Source: an uncultured Gemmatimonas sp.
GTDB taxonomy: Bacteria; Gemmatimonadota; Gemmatimonadetes; Gemmatimonadales; Gemmatimonadaceae
DNA length: 51,472 bases
Assembly: GCA_964565915.1 (NCBI GenBank)
Contig: CAZMGX010000002.1
Location: 1-51,472 of the forward strand
Direction: 5' to 3'
The notes below the pieces were generated by a model. That model was not told the origin of the DNA. It worked only from the letters and a program-made list of their open reading frames with translations, and did no database searches. Positions within the stretch are counted from its first letter, which is position 1. Each line of letters starts with the position of its first letter. This document shows, piece after piece, positions 18,858-27,210 of this stretch. The position numbers were made by a program, and so were the translations under genes.

Positions 18858-21746
18858 ATGATTACATCGCTCCTCGTCGGCGCCGTGGTCCTGCAGGTGA
18901 AGGCGACCACGGTTGTGGTGCCGGAACCGGTGCGCCTGGCCAAAGAAGTCCAGCGTACGATCGATCGTGACGGGGGGCAGGCGCTGGAGCGGGCGTGGCG
19001 TGATCGGCTCGCCAAGTCGCCCGAGTCGCCGGCCGCGCTCTTCGCAGTCGCGACCTTCGAGCGCTCACGCTATCGATATGAACGTGCCGATTCATTGTAT
19101 CGTCGCCTCGCGGCTCGGGCCGATCTCGAACCGGCGTGGCGCGCGATGGCCCAAGTGGGCATGGCGGTGTGGCGTGCCTTGGGAAGCGATCCCGCGCGTG
19201 CCGACAGCCTCTACTCGGCGGCGCTGGTCATCGCTCGCGAGCGAAAGGAGCCCGCGGTCGAGGCCGAGATTTTCCTGGGGCTTTCGCAGCTGCGCGGCCG
19301 CACGCAAGGACCGCGCGCGGGGCTCGCGCTCTTGACCGACTGGTGGAGCGCGCTGCCCACGAAGACGGCAGAAGACAGTGCCCAGCGGCTTTGCCTGACC
19401 GGCGCACTCGATGAACAACTCGGCGATACCACCGGAGGCCGTCGCATCATCCGAGGGGCGGAAGCGGCCGAGCGGTCGCGCGCGTGGCGAACGGCGGGCA
19501 CGTGTCGTTTGGCCATGGCGCAGACCGCGGAGCGTCGAGGATACCTAAATGCCGCGACCGGAAGTGCGAGGCAGTCCCTCGATCATTTCGCGCGCATTCG
19601 CTACGAGCTCGGGAGCGCCTTGGCCAGTCAGTGGCTCGGGTACGCGATGCTGCAGGCCAACCGATTTGCGAGCGCCCGCATCATGCTCGAACGGGCGATC
19701 GTCTCCGCCCGTGCCACGCGCTTCGCGTCCGTGGAAGCGTGGGCCCAGTCCGGATTGGCCGACCTGCACCTGACGCTGGGGGACCCCGCACAAGCGCGGG
19801 TATACGCCGAACTCGCCGCCGCGTCACACCGTGCCCGTGGTGACGGGTGGGGACTGGCCGTTGCCCGCAGCTTCGAGGGGGACGCGCTGGCGGCAGCCGG
19901 AGACCTGCCTGAAGCGTCGGCGCGGTACGCGGCGTCGCACGCCGCCTATGTCGCTGCCGGAATATCCCGGAATGCTGTACCCGCGCTGGTCGCCCGGGCG
20001 CGAATGCAGTTGCGCCTCGGGCAGCTGGACAGCGCCGAACAGACGATCGCGGTGGCTGGGGCACTGGGCCGCACCACGGAGGGTTGGATCCGTGACGGGG
20101 CAATCCTGCGCGCCGGTCTGTCGTTGCGCCGCGGTCAGCTTGCCAAGGCGGACTCGTTCCTGCACATCGACGCATTGTCGAGAAGCGTGCTCTCCGGAAC
20201 CAACGGATTGGGAGGGGTAAGCATCGCGCTGTTTCGCGCGCAGGTGGCCCTCCGGCGCGATCGCATCGCGGACGCCGAGTCGTCGCTGGTGCTCGTGACG
20301 CGATCGCTGGCCGACTGGCGTGCTGCGCCGAAAAACCGCGGCCTCACCGCATCGCTGGCCCAGCTGCGGACCAACTGGGGTGGACTGAGTGACGTCGCGC
20401 CAGACCTCGTGGCGCAGTTGGCGGAACGGCAACGCATCGATCTCGCGTTCACCTTCGTCGAGCAGTTGCGGGCACGCGAAATCGTGGAACGGTCGTTGCG
20501 TGCGGTGGCGCAGTTGTCCGATTCGTCGGCCGCCAGTCTTGCGCTGAGGGTCACCAACGGCGAGGCAACGCTGGTGACACTTCCCGAACTGCAACGAACG
20601 CTGGGTCGCGATGAAGCCTTCGTCTCGTATACACTAGGCGTCGATGATGCGCCCACGTCGGCAATCATCGTCACGCGAGAAGCCGTCACGGCACGCGCGC
20701 TGCCGACTGGGGCAGTACTCCGTCCCGACATCACACGCTTTGCGCAGTTGGCGGCGATCGGAACCGAACCCATCGCCAGCAGTCGACGATTGGGCGCCGC
20801 CTTGTTGGCCCCGGTGCTCGCGGCGTTGCCCGCGACGGTGACCCGTCTGACACTCTCGCCGGACGGCGACCTGCACCGCGTGCCGTTCGACGCGCTGCGC
20901 CTTCCCGACGGTCGTTATGCCGTTGAACGCGCTACGATCTCCCTGGCGCCGTCGGCGACGGCGTTGTTGGCACTGCGGGTACGTGCCAGCACCGAAGGGC
21001 GTCGCATCGTCGCGTTTGGCGATCCCCGATACCCGAGGCCGCGCCCGATCGATGCGATGCACGACGACGGGGCGCGGATGGCGTCGCCCCTGCGCACGAT
21101 ATCGCTGGACCGGCTGCGTCACTCGGGAGAGGAGGCACGCCGCGTGGCCCGCTACGGTGTGCGCAGTTCAGTCTGGGTCGCCAGCGGCGCCACGGAAGAC
21201 ACGTTCAGAAGCACGGACTGGCGCGACGTCGCGGTGCTGCATGTTGCCGCACACGCGATCGTGAATGCCGAGAGCCAGTCAGGCACGGCACTGGCGCTCG
21301 CACCCGGACGGGAAACGGATGGTTTCCTGACGCCGACGGAGATCACGCAGCTGCCGCTGCGCGGTCCCCTCGTGGTGTTGTCGGCATGTGGATCGCTGGG
21401 TGGGCAGGTGCTGGGTGGCGAGGGGCTGCGTGGCCTGACGGCTCCGTTGCTGGAAGCCGGCGCACGTGCCGTGGTCGCCACGTACTGGTCCATCGGCGAC
21501 CGCAGTACGGTGCCGTTCGTCGATCGCTTCTACGCGGCCATGGCAACCGGTGCCCGTGTCGACGAGGCGCTACGCCAAACCAAGCTGGCGGCGATTCGCG
21601 ATGGGGCCAGCATCGCCGACTGGGGCAGCTTTTCCGTGATCGGTGATGGGGCGCTGCGTGTGCCGCTGCGCGCTTCTTCGCTCGCGCCGACGATGTGGCT
21701 GCGCGACGTATCACAACCGCGCCGCGACAGCGGCGGTCCGCCCTGA
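18858..21746 (+). CDS. TPR-like helical repeat plus CHAT (caspase-like cysteine peptidase) protein
   Basis: SPDGDLHRVPFDAL, VLHVAAHA (His), VVLSACGS (Cys), GEGLRGL...LEAGARAVVATYWSIGD, WGSF; hydrophobic N-terminus MITSLLVGAVVLQV. Confidence 0.92.
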   Translation: MITSLLVGAVVLQVKATTVVVPEPVRLAKEVQRTIDRDGGQALERAWRDRLAKSPESPAALFAVATFERSRYRYERADSLYRRLAARADLEPAWRAMAQVGMAVWRALGSDPARADSLYSAALVIARERKEPAVEAEIFLGLSQLRGRTQGPRAGLALLTDWWSALPTKTAEDSAQRLCLTGALDEQLGDTTGGRRIIRGAEAAERSRAWRTAGTCRLAMAQTAERRGYLNAATGSARQSLDHFARIRYELGSALASQWLGYAMLQANRFASARIMLERAIVSARATRFASVEAWAQSGLADLHLTLGDPAQARVYAELAAASHRARGDGWGLAVARSFEGDALAAAGDLPEASARYAASHAAYVAAGISRNAVPALVARARMQLRLGQLDSAEQTIAVAGALGRTTEGWIRDGAILRAGLSLRRGQLAKADSFLHIDALSRSVLSGTNGLGGVSIALFRAQVALRRDRIADAESSLVLVTRSLADWRAAPKNRGLTASLAQLRTNWGGLSDVAPDLVAQLAERQRIDLAFTFVEQLRAREIVERSLRAVAQLSDSSAASLALRVTNGEATLVTLPELQRTLGRDEAFVSYTLGVDDAPTSAIIVTREAVTARALPTGAVLRPDITRFAQLAAIGTEPIASSRRLGAALLAPVLAALPATVTRLTLSPDGDLHRVPFDALRLPDGRYAVERATISLAPSATALLALRVRASTEGRRIVAFGDPRYPRPRPIDAMHDDGARMASPLRTISLDRLRHSGEEARRVARYGVRSSVWVASGATEDTFRSTDWRDVAVLHVAAHAIVNAESQSGTALALAPGRETDGFLTPTEITQLPLRGPLVVLSACGSLGGQVLGGEGLRGLTAPLLEAGARAVVATYWSIGDRSTVPFVDRFYAAMATGARVDEALRQTKLAAIRDGASIADWGSFSVIGDGALRVPLRASSLAPTMWLRDVSQPRRDSGGPP

Positions 21747-21777
21747 TCTACACGGAAAGCTCCCCGTCGAGATGGCC

Positions 21778-22386
21778 CTACCGCGCGGAGATCACCACGC
21801 GCTGCGTGACGGCCGTGACCGAAGCGCCCAGGCGCGTGGTCGCCTGCACCCACCAGAGATACGTCCCACCCGTTCTGAGGCGCACGGAGTCCGGCATCGT
21901 AACCGCCGTATCGCGCGTCTCGGCCGCATAGACCTCATTGCCTGCGCTGTCCACGACGACGAGCATGTATCGTTCGGCGTCCGGCAACGCCCGCCATACG
22001 AACTTCGTCGCGGCATTCGCCGTACCGATCGGCGCCACGAGCGTAATGGGCGACGTGTCGCTTCGCAGCAAATTCTCCTGCGGCCGCTGCGACCACCACG
22101 TTCCCGTGACGCCAACCGCGGCCAAGAGCCCCGCCGCAATCAGGCGCATCGTCCAGCGCGCACGCGGCGGGCGAGCCGCGCGGGCCGCCGCCCACACGAT
22201 CTCGAGTTCGCGACGCCCCTCGGCGGAGGACAGGAGCGTATCCAGTGTGTGCAGTCGCTCCTCCTCGCGCCCTTCACGTTCCACCAGCTTGCGCAAACGC
22301 TCGGCCGCAAGGTCATCCAGCGGTGGACGGTCGGTGCCCGTCGGCAGCGCCTTCGCATACGCTTCGCGCAGTTTTTCGTCGCTCAT
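21778..22386 (-). CDS. Putative anti-sigma factor: cytoplasmic N-domain, one TM, periplasmic FN3-like domain
   Basis: ATGA-coupled to the ECF gene; TM LIAAGLLAAVGVTGTWW; C-terminal FVW...Y.LVV.D...YLWWVQA beta-sandwich pattern. Confidence 0.75.
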   Translation of the reverse strand: MSDEKLREAYAKALPTGTDRPPLDDLAAERLRKLVEREGREEERLHTLDTLLSSAEGRRELEIVWAAARAARPPRARWTMRLIAAGLLAAVGVTGTWWSQRPQENLLRSDTSPITLVAPIGTANAATKFVWRALPDAERYMLVVVDSAGNEVYAAETRDTAVTMPDSVRLRTGGTYLWWVQATTRLGASVTAVTQRVVISAR

Positions 22387-23045
22387 TGCCACGTCTCCCG
22401 CGTGATGCCACGCGATGACAGGATCTGCCGAAGATCTTCAAGACCTCGGTACAACAGGTTGCGCGTTTTCGGTTCACTCCATCCAAGCAGATCGGCGATC
22501 TCATGCCGATCGTATCCCGCGAGGTACATCCGCACCACACCGCGTCGCGATTCCGACAGCAGATCAAGCGCATCGTGGACGGCTCGCCCGAGTTCACTGC
22601 CGGCGAGACCGGCATCCGCGCGCGCCTTCTCGTCGGCGAGCGCCGAGGGGTGCACGTGGTCGATCGACGTCGCCGACGCCTTGGCCGTCCGGCGACGACG
22701 AATGATGTCGAGGGAGGCCGACACGGCCACCCGATAGAGATACGTGGGTTTCGCGCGACGAATGAGCTCGGCGGTGCCGAACGACTTCCACACACGCACG
22801 CGCAAGTCCTGGACGACGTCGTCCACATCCTGTCCGGCGAGCCCGTGGCGAGACGCCGTCCGTCGGATGAATGCATCGAATCGCTGCAGCAGATCGCGCA
22901 GAGCATACGAGACGTCCGCGTCCGGCAGCGCGTCCAGGGAAGCGGGTTCCGCTCCTGACTCACCCGACGGGACGGGCGTGGTCTCGGTGGCAGCCGGAGC
23001 GGTGTCGTCACGAAGGACGCGCAAGGGTCGCTGAGGAGATGTCAT
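22383..23045 (-). CDS. ECF RNA polymerase sigma factor
   Basis: DVDDVVQDLRVRVW, TYLYRVAVSASLDIIRR, GYDRHEIADLLGWSEPKTRNLLYRG; ATG 23045 overlaps the upstream stop. Confidence 0.92.
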   Translation of the reverse strand: MTSPQRPLRVLRDDTAPAATETTPVPSGESGAEPASLDALPDADVSYALRDLLQRFDAFIRRTASRHGLAGQDVDDVVQDLRVRVWKSFGTAELIRRAKPTYLYRVAVSASLDIIRRRRTAKASATSIDHVHPSALADEKARADAGLAGSELGRAVHDALDLLSESRRGVVRMYLAGYDRHEIADLLGWSEPKTRNLLYRGLEDLRQILSSRGITRETWQ

Positions 23046-24391
23046 CGGTGACTCGTGTCCGCAGGAGTCTGGAGGACGGCGGGCCGGGCCACAACCCGGC
23101 TCCAGCCGGTCTGACGGACGAAGGCGCCGGCCCCGTCGAGCGCCGTGACGCGCCAGCGCAGCGCGCCGTTCGTCGCGCGTTGCCACACCATCGTCGGAAC
23201 CTCATAGTGGCGCGCCGACAATGGCAGCAGCGCACTCAGGAGCGCGGTGCCATCAGTCGACTGCAATTCGACGCGATACGCCGCCGCGGATGGCTCGCCG
23301 CTCCACGTAACGCGGAACGACGAGTCCGCTCGTGTCCCGACGCCATTGCCCGGTGAAAGCAGGGCCAGTCGCGAGCGGCCGCCGCGTGCCGCGGTGCTCC
23401 CATCACCCATCACGACGTATCGCAACGTCGGCATCGGAAAACCGGCCACCGCCGCCGAATGCACCAGACCGGTGCCGGCACCAGACGCTGTCAGATCGGA
23501 ATCACTCTCGCGGTCGTCTGACGCCTCGATGCGCAGCAGCACGGAGTATGCGCCCTCCACGGCCGACGGCAGTCGCGCCGGCTCAGGTCCCGGCAACGTC
23601 ACGACACCGCCGGGCGGTACGAACACATTGAAGCGCTGCAGTTGTGAGAAACGCCGCTGTCGCGGACGCAATTCGATCGGCACGCTGGCCTCGGTCAGCA
23701 AGTCGTCGCTGGAGGGGCCGTCCTCACCGGTCAACACCACCTCCCATCGACCGATCAGTCGACCCGTTCCGTTGTACGTGATGCGGGCTGAGAAGGTGGG
23801 CGGTATCTCGCCGGCACGAAGAAAGTGCACTTCCTCGTCACCCTCGAAGGCCACGCGCACATCGGTCAGTGCAAAGGGCGAGCGGGCCATGCCTCCGGTC
23901 AAGCGGCACGTGACGGCGACGAATTCGTCGGGCCCGCCGGCCAGATTGATGAAGCGTCGCACGTAGAAGAACGAGGACACCGCACCGGCGGTCGCATCCT
24001 GATAGGCTCGTCGACTTACGGACGCGGGGATCGACATGATGTCGGTGAAGCCGGCGATTCCGCTCGGGCGTGAGAGATCGTACCGCGCCGGCAGTTGCCC
24101 GTAGAGGGTGCGCGGATCGCACCGATTGCCGCGGTCCGGGGCCGCACTCACGAGTTCACCGCACCAGAATGCCTCGGCTGCGCGAAGCGTCGGCGATACG
24201 CCGCCGAACGTCAGGAACACCGTGGTGGCGCTCATGGCATTCACGCTCACGCCCGTCGGATTGACACGCACCTGTGCGTCGAGGCGGCCGGTGCAGAGAA
24301 GGGCGGCCAGTGAAGCGAGCATGCGGACACGTGGTGGCATCGTTCGCCACTGCGGGTGTCGTGCGGTGGGCAGGTCAGGGCGACGCTTCAT
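23042..24391 (-). CDS. Secreted multi-beta-sandwich protein (possible pilus-chaperone-like part plus FN3-like C-terminus)
   Basis: Signal peptide ending LDA-Q; ATG 24391 overlaps the upstream stop (TGATG); C-terminal VTW...AYRVEL...LRWRVTALD FN3-like pattern. Confidence 0.75.
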   Translation of the reverse strand: MKRRPDLPTARHPQWRTMPPRVRMLASLAALLCTGRLDAQVRVNPTGVSVNAMSATTVFLTFGGVSPTLRAAEAFWCGELVSAAPDRGNRCDPRTLYGQLPARYDLSRPSGIAGFTDIMSIPASVSRRAYQDATAGAVSSFFYVRRFINLAGGPDEFVAVTCRLTGGMARSPFALTDVRVAFEGDEEVHFLRAGEIPPTFSARITYNGTGRLIGRWEVVLTGEDGPSSDDLLTEASVPIELRPRQRRFSQLQRFNVFVPPGGVVTLPGPEPARLPSAVEGAYSVLLRIEASDDRESDSDLTASGAGTGLVHSAAVAGFPMPTLRYVVMGDGSTAARGGRSRLALLSPGNGVGTRADSSFRVTWSGEPSAAAYRVELQSTDGTALLSALLPLSARHYEVPTMVWQRATNGALRWRVTALDGAGAFVRQTGWSRVVARPAVLQTPADTSHR

Positions 24392-26526
24392 CAGAACACC
24401 CGCAGATTGAGACCCGACGAGACGGCCCATTGGCGCTGCGTGACCTGCGCAAGTGGATTGGTGGCCGCCTGCAAGAAATCCGGCAGCCTCGCCGTGCTTC
24501 GGCCATAGCGAAGAAACAGTTGTCCGCGTGCGCCGCCGCTGCCATCTCGCCAGAACGAGAGCGGCTGTGTCAGCTCGACTCGCTGCTCGTTGTTGATCGT
24601 CGACGCGCCGGTCGGCGGTTGCGTGTTCAGCACCGAGACGGCCAGCAGCAGGGATGTGCCCTGACCGCGACGCAGATTGGTGTTGAGGGTGATCCGGCGC
24701 GTGTCGGTCTGTTCGCCGCGTTCCTCCGACCGCTGGAAATCATCGCCGACATCCAGCGCGATGTCCGCCGAAGCACCCACGCTGAGGCCCAATGACACCA
24801 TGTCCGAACCCGCGCGAAAATCGGCGCGCTGCCGCGTGTCCTGTCGATTGTCCTGCACACTGCGATTCTGGCGGATGCTCGCGCGCCAGCGTCCGATCTG
24901 CCACTGTGCCGCTACGTCACGGTTCGTGTTGTACTGGTCGGGCAAATCCTGCGCCCGGAACACACCACCCGTCGGAAGGGCGTCGCCGAGTTGATGCACG
25001 CGGTTCAGTGAGAACGACAGCGCTGGCCACCAGGCGACGCCCTTCGTGATGTGCAGCAGCGGTGCCACGGGAACGGCAACGGTGGCCGTGTTGGATCGCG
25101 AGAGGGTGGTGAGAATGGTGGCGAGCCGCGCCAGGTTGTCGCGCGACCACGCCCACCCCAGCTGACCGGAGATGGCACCCAGCGAGAACGTCGCGTCGGC
25201 CCCGTCATTCTGTCGATCCGCCTGCACGGGCGCGGTCACACTGCGATACAACGGATCGACACGCTCGTGCCGATAGCCGAGTCCGAGATTGACGAGCCCG
25301 AGGCCGCGAATGCGTCGCTGCTGCACGACACCCAGCGAACCTTCCACGAAGCGTGCACTGCGCGACGTTCGTTCGACGGCGCGGACGACGGTGTCTCCCG
25401 TCAGCTGCGGATCGAGTGATGGGTTGCCGAATCGACTGCGCGCGAGGCCCCCGGCAAAACGCAGCCGTTGGCCGGGCGTGGCCATCGACAGCTGCAACGC
25501 ACCGCCGCGATTCTGTTCCGCATCGAGGACGGCGCCTTGACGGAAGCCGCCCAGCGGCAGCATCGAGGCGTCGAGCATGGTGAGATCCAGCTTGAGAGCG
25601 CCTGGCCGGGTGGGGATGACTTCTCGCCCGATCGAAGCGCCCACCACTCGATGGTTCGGCCGGTTGAGTCCGATCAGGTGATCCCAGCCAACGATCGGCG
25701 CCGCATTGAGGGCTCCTACGGCGATCTGTGTGCCACCGTGGGTCCAGGCCAGCGACGCACCGCGCGATCCGAAGCTGTTGATCAGATGTCGGCTGGCGCC
25801 GAAGGTGGTGTGGCCGATCGTGAGGTTGGCGCCGCCGCTGCGCATCACGATCCGATAGTCGGACAGGTCGACGCGCGGGGCCGCATTCTGGCGCTGCGAA
25901 AAGCGCAGCGCCTCCTGGCGGCGTGACGATCCCATGAGATTGGACGACGTCTCGATCACGAAACGCGCGCGTTCGTGGGTGGTGTTCAGCGAACCATTCA
26001 ACGAAAGATCCTGATACGTTGGACGTTCGGGTTCAGGGAGGCTGGTGGATCGGCCCGTAGCCAGTTGTCCTTTGTTGCCCATCGTCGCCGACGGCGTCGC
26101 CGTGACGCGTGAAAACCCGGTCGCGGTGAGTACCGAGAGCGCGATCCGTCGGATCTCCGTCCACTGCGCGCCACGCTTGAGAAAGACGACGACGGGCGTC
26201 GTCCCCGCCGGAATCGGGGCAAACGTCGGGCGATACACGATGCGCTGGCCCGTGCGTTCGGAGACCGCGGTCACGTCCACGCCACCGACGAGCACCACGA
26301 GTTCCCCTTCGTCGGCGCCCACGTCGCGACTGAGCCTGAACTCCAGAGGACTCATTGCTGCAATCGGTCGAGTCGTGTCGATCGCCGTCGTGATGACCAG
26401 CGGCGCCGTATCTGCGACCGTGGCGGCGTTTGCCTGGGCTGCCGCCGCAGACGTCGGCGCGAAGGCCATGAGGACATAGGCCCACGACACGCGTCCCACT
26501 GCGTCACGTGTCAAAGCGCCTTGCAT
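24391..26526 (-). CDS. Outer-membrane beta-barrel protein with N-terminal periplasmic Ig-like domain
   Basis: Signal peptide (AAA-Q), many amphipathic alternating strands, C-terminal WAVSSGLNLRVF ending in Phe; GAGGTG RBS before ATG 26526. Confidence 0.78.
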   Translation of the reverse strand: MQGALTRDAVGRVSWAYVLMAFAPTSAAAAQANAATVADTAPLVITTAIDTTRPIAAMSPLEFRLSRDVGADEGELVVLVGGVDVTAVSERTGQRIVYRPTFAPIPAGTTPVVVFLKRGAQWTEIRRIALSVLTATGFSRVTATPSATMGNKGQLATGRSTSLPEPERPTYQDLSLNGSLNTTHERARFVIETSSNLMGSSRRQEALRFSQRQNAAPRVDLSDYRIVMRSGGANLTIGHTTFGASRHLINSFGSRGASLAWTHGGTQIAVGALNAAPIVGWDHLIGLNRPNHRVVGASIGREVIPTRPGALKLDLTMLDASMLPLGGFRQGAVLDAEQNRGGALQLSMATPGQRLRFAGGLARSRFGNPSLDPQLTGDTVVRAVERTSRSARFVEGSLGVVQQRRIRGLGLVNLGLGYRHERVDPLYRSVTAPVQADRQNDGADATFSLGAISGQLGWAWSRDNLARLATILTTLSRSNTATVAVPVAPLLHITKGVAWWPALSFSLNRVHQLGDALPTGGVFRAQDLPDQYNTNRDVAAQWQIGRWRASIRQNRSVQDNRQDTRQRADFRAGSDMVSLGLSVGASADIALDVGDDFQRSEERGEQTDTRRITLNTNLRRGQGTSLLLAVSVLNTQPPTGASTINNEQRVELTQPLSFWRDGSGGARGQLFLRYGRSTARLPDFLQAATNPLAQVTQRQWAVSSGLNLRVF

Positions 26527-26556
26527 CACCGCACCTCGCGCCAGTCCAGAGCCCGC

Positions 26557-27135
26557 CTAGTACACGACGACAGACGCGCGACCGCCCGAGCATCCGCCTT
26601 CGTTCGAGCCGCAGACACTCACGCGGGTTCCCCGGACGGTGAACGACAACTTCAACGTGAAGTCCTTGACCTCGTCGACGGCCATCGTGCTCTTCATCGC
26701 GTCGATCGTCAGTGTTCGCTTCAACCCGATGAGGTCGTTCTTGCGAGCGATCGACAGGATCTGCGTCGCGTGGTTCACGTCCGCACCCATCTTGGCCATG
26801 ACGGTGCGTGCTTCCTTCAGCGCGGCCAGCTGATCGTCGACCTTGCCGATGCTCGTGGCGGCCGCACGTTGCTGCACGAGTCCGGCACGATCGGTAGTCA
26901 GCTTGCGTACCCAGTTGTCGATCTCGATGACGGCGTTGGCACCCGCCTTCTGCACATCGGCCGGGGTATCGCGATCAAGCGAGGGCAGCGGACGCGCGGG
27001 CGGCTGCGCGCTGATCACGTTGACCGGGCTGGCCAGCAGCGCGCCGATCAGCAGCGCGGGGGAGAGGGAGATGGCTCGACGCGACCGACGGGTGGCGCCG
27101 GGGATGCCCGCGATCGGGGCGGTGACAGGCGACAT
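26557..27135 (-). CDS. Secreted alpha-helical protein with C-terminal Cys-x6-Cys
   Basis: GGAG RBS, ATG 27135, signal peptide ending ISA-Q; helical body; ends RVSVCGSNEGGCSGGRASVVVY. Confidence 0.7.
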   Translation of the reverse strand: MSPVTAPIAGIPGATRRSRRAISLSPALLIGALLASPVNVISAQPPARPLPSLDRDTPADVQKAGANAVIEIDNWVRKLTTDRAGLVQQRAAATSIGKVDDQLAALKEARTVMAKMGADVNHATQILSIARKNDLIGLKRTLTIDAMKSTMAVDEVKDFTLKLSFTVRGTRVSVCGSNEGGCSGGRASVVVY

Positions 27136-27210
27136 GTGAAGCTCCGTGAAGAGGATGGTGCTGAATGGACGCGAGCAGCGGCAAGACATTCTCACGCGGT
27201 CCGCACCGCT

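Noticed and set aside
18858..21746. CRISPR type III-E (Craspase) or other anti-phage defence locus
   Set aside because: No cas genes, repeat-spacer array or recognisable defence effectors; context is envelope and ECF signalling.
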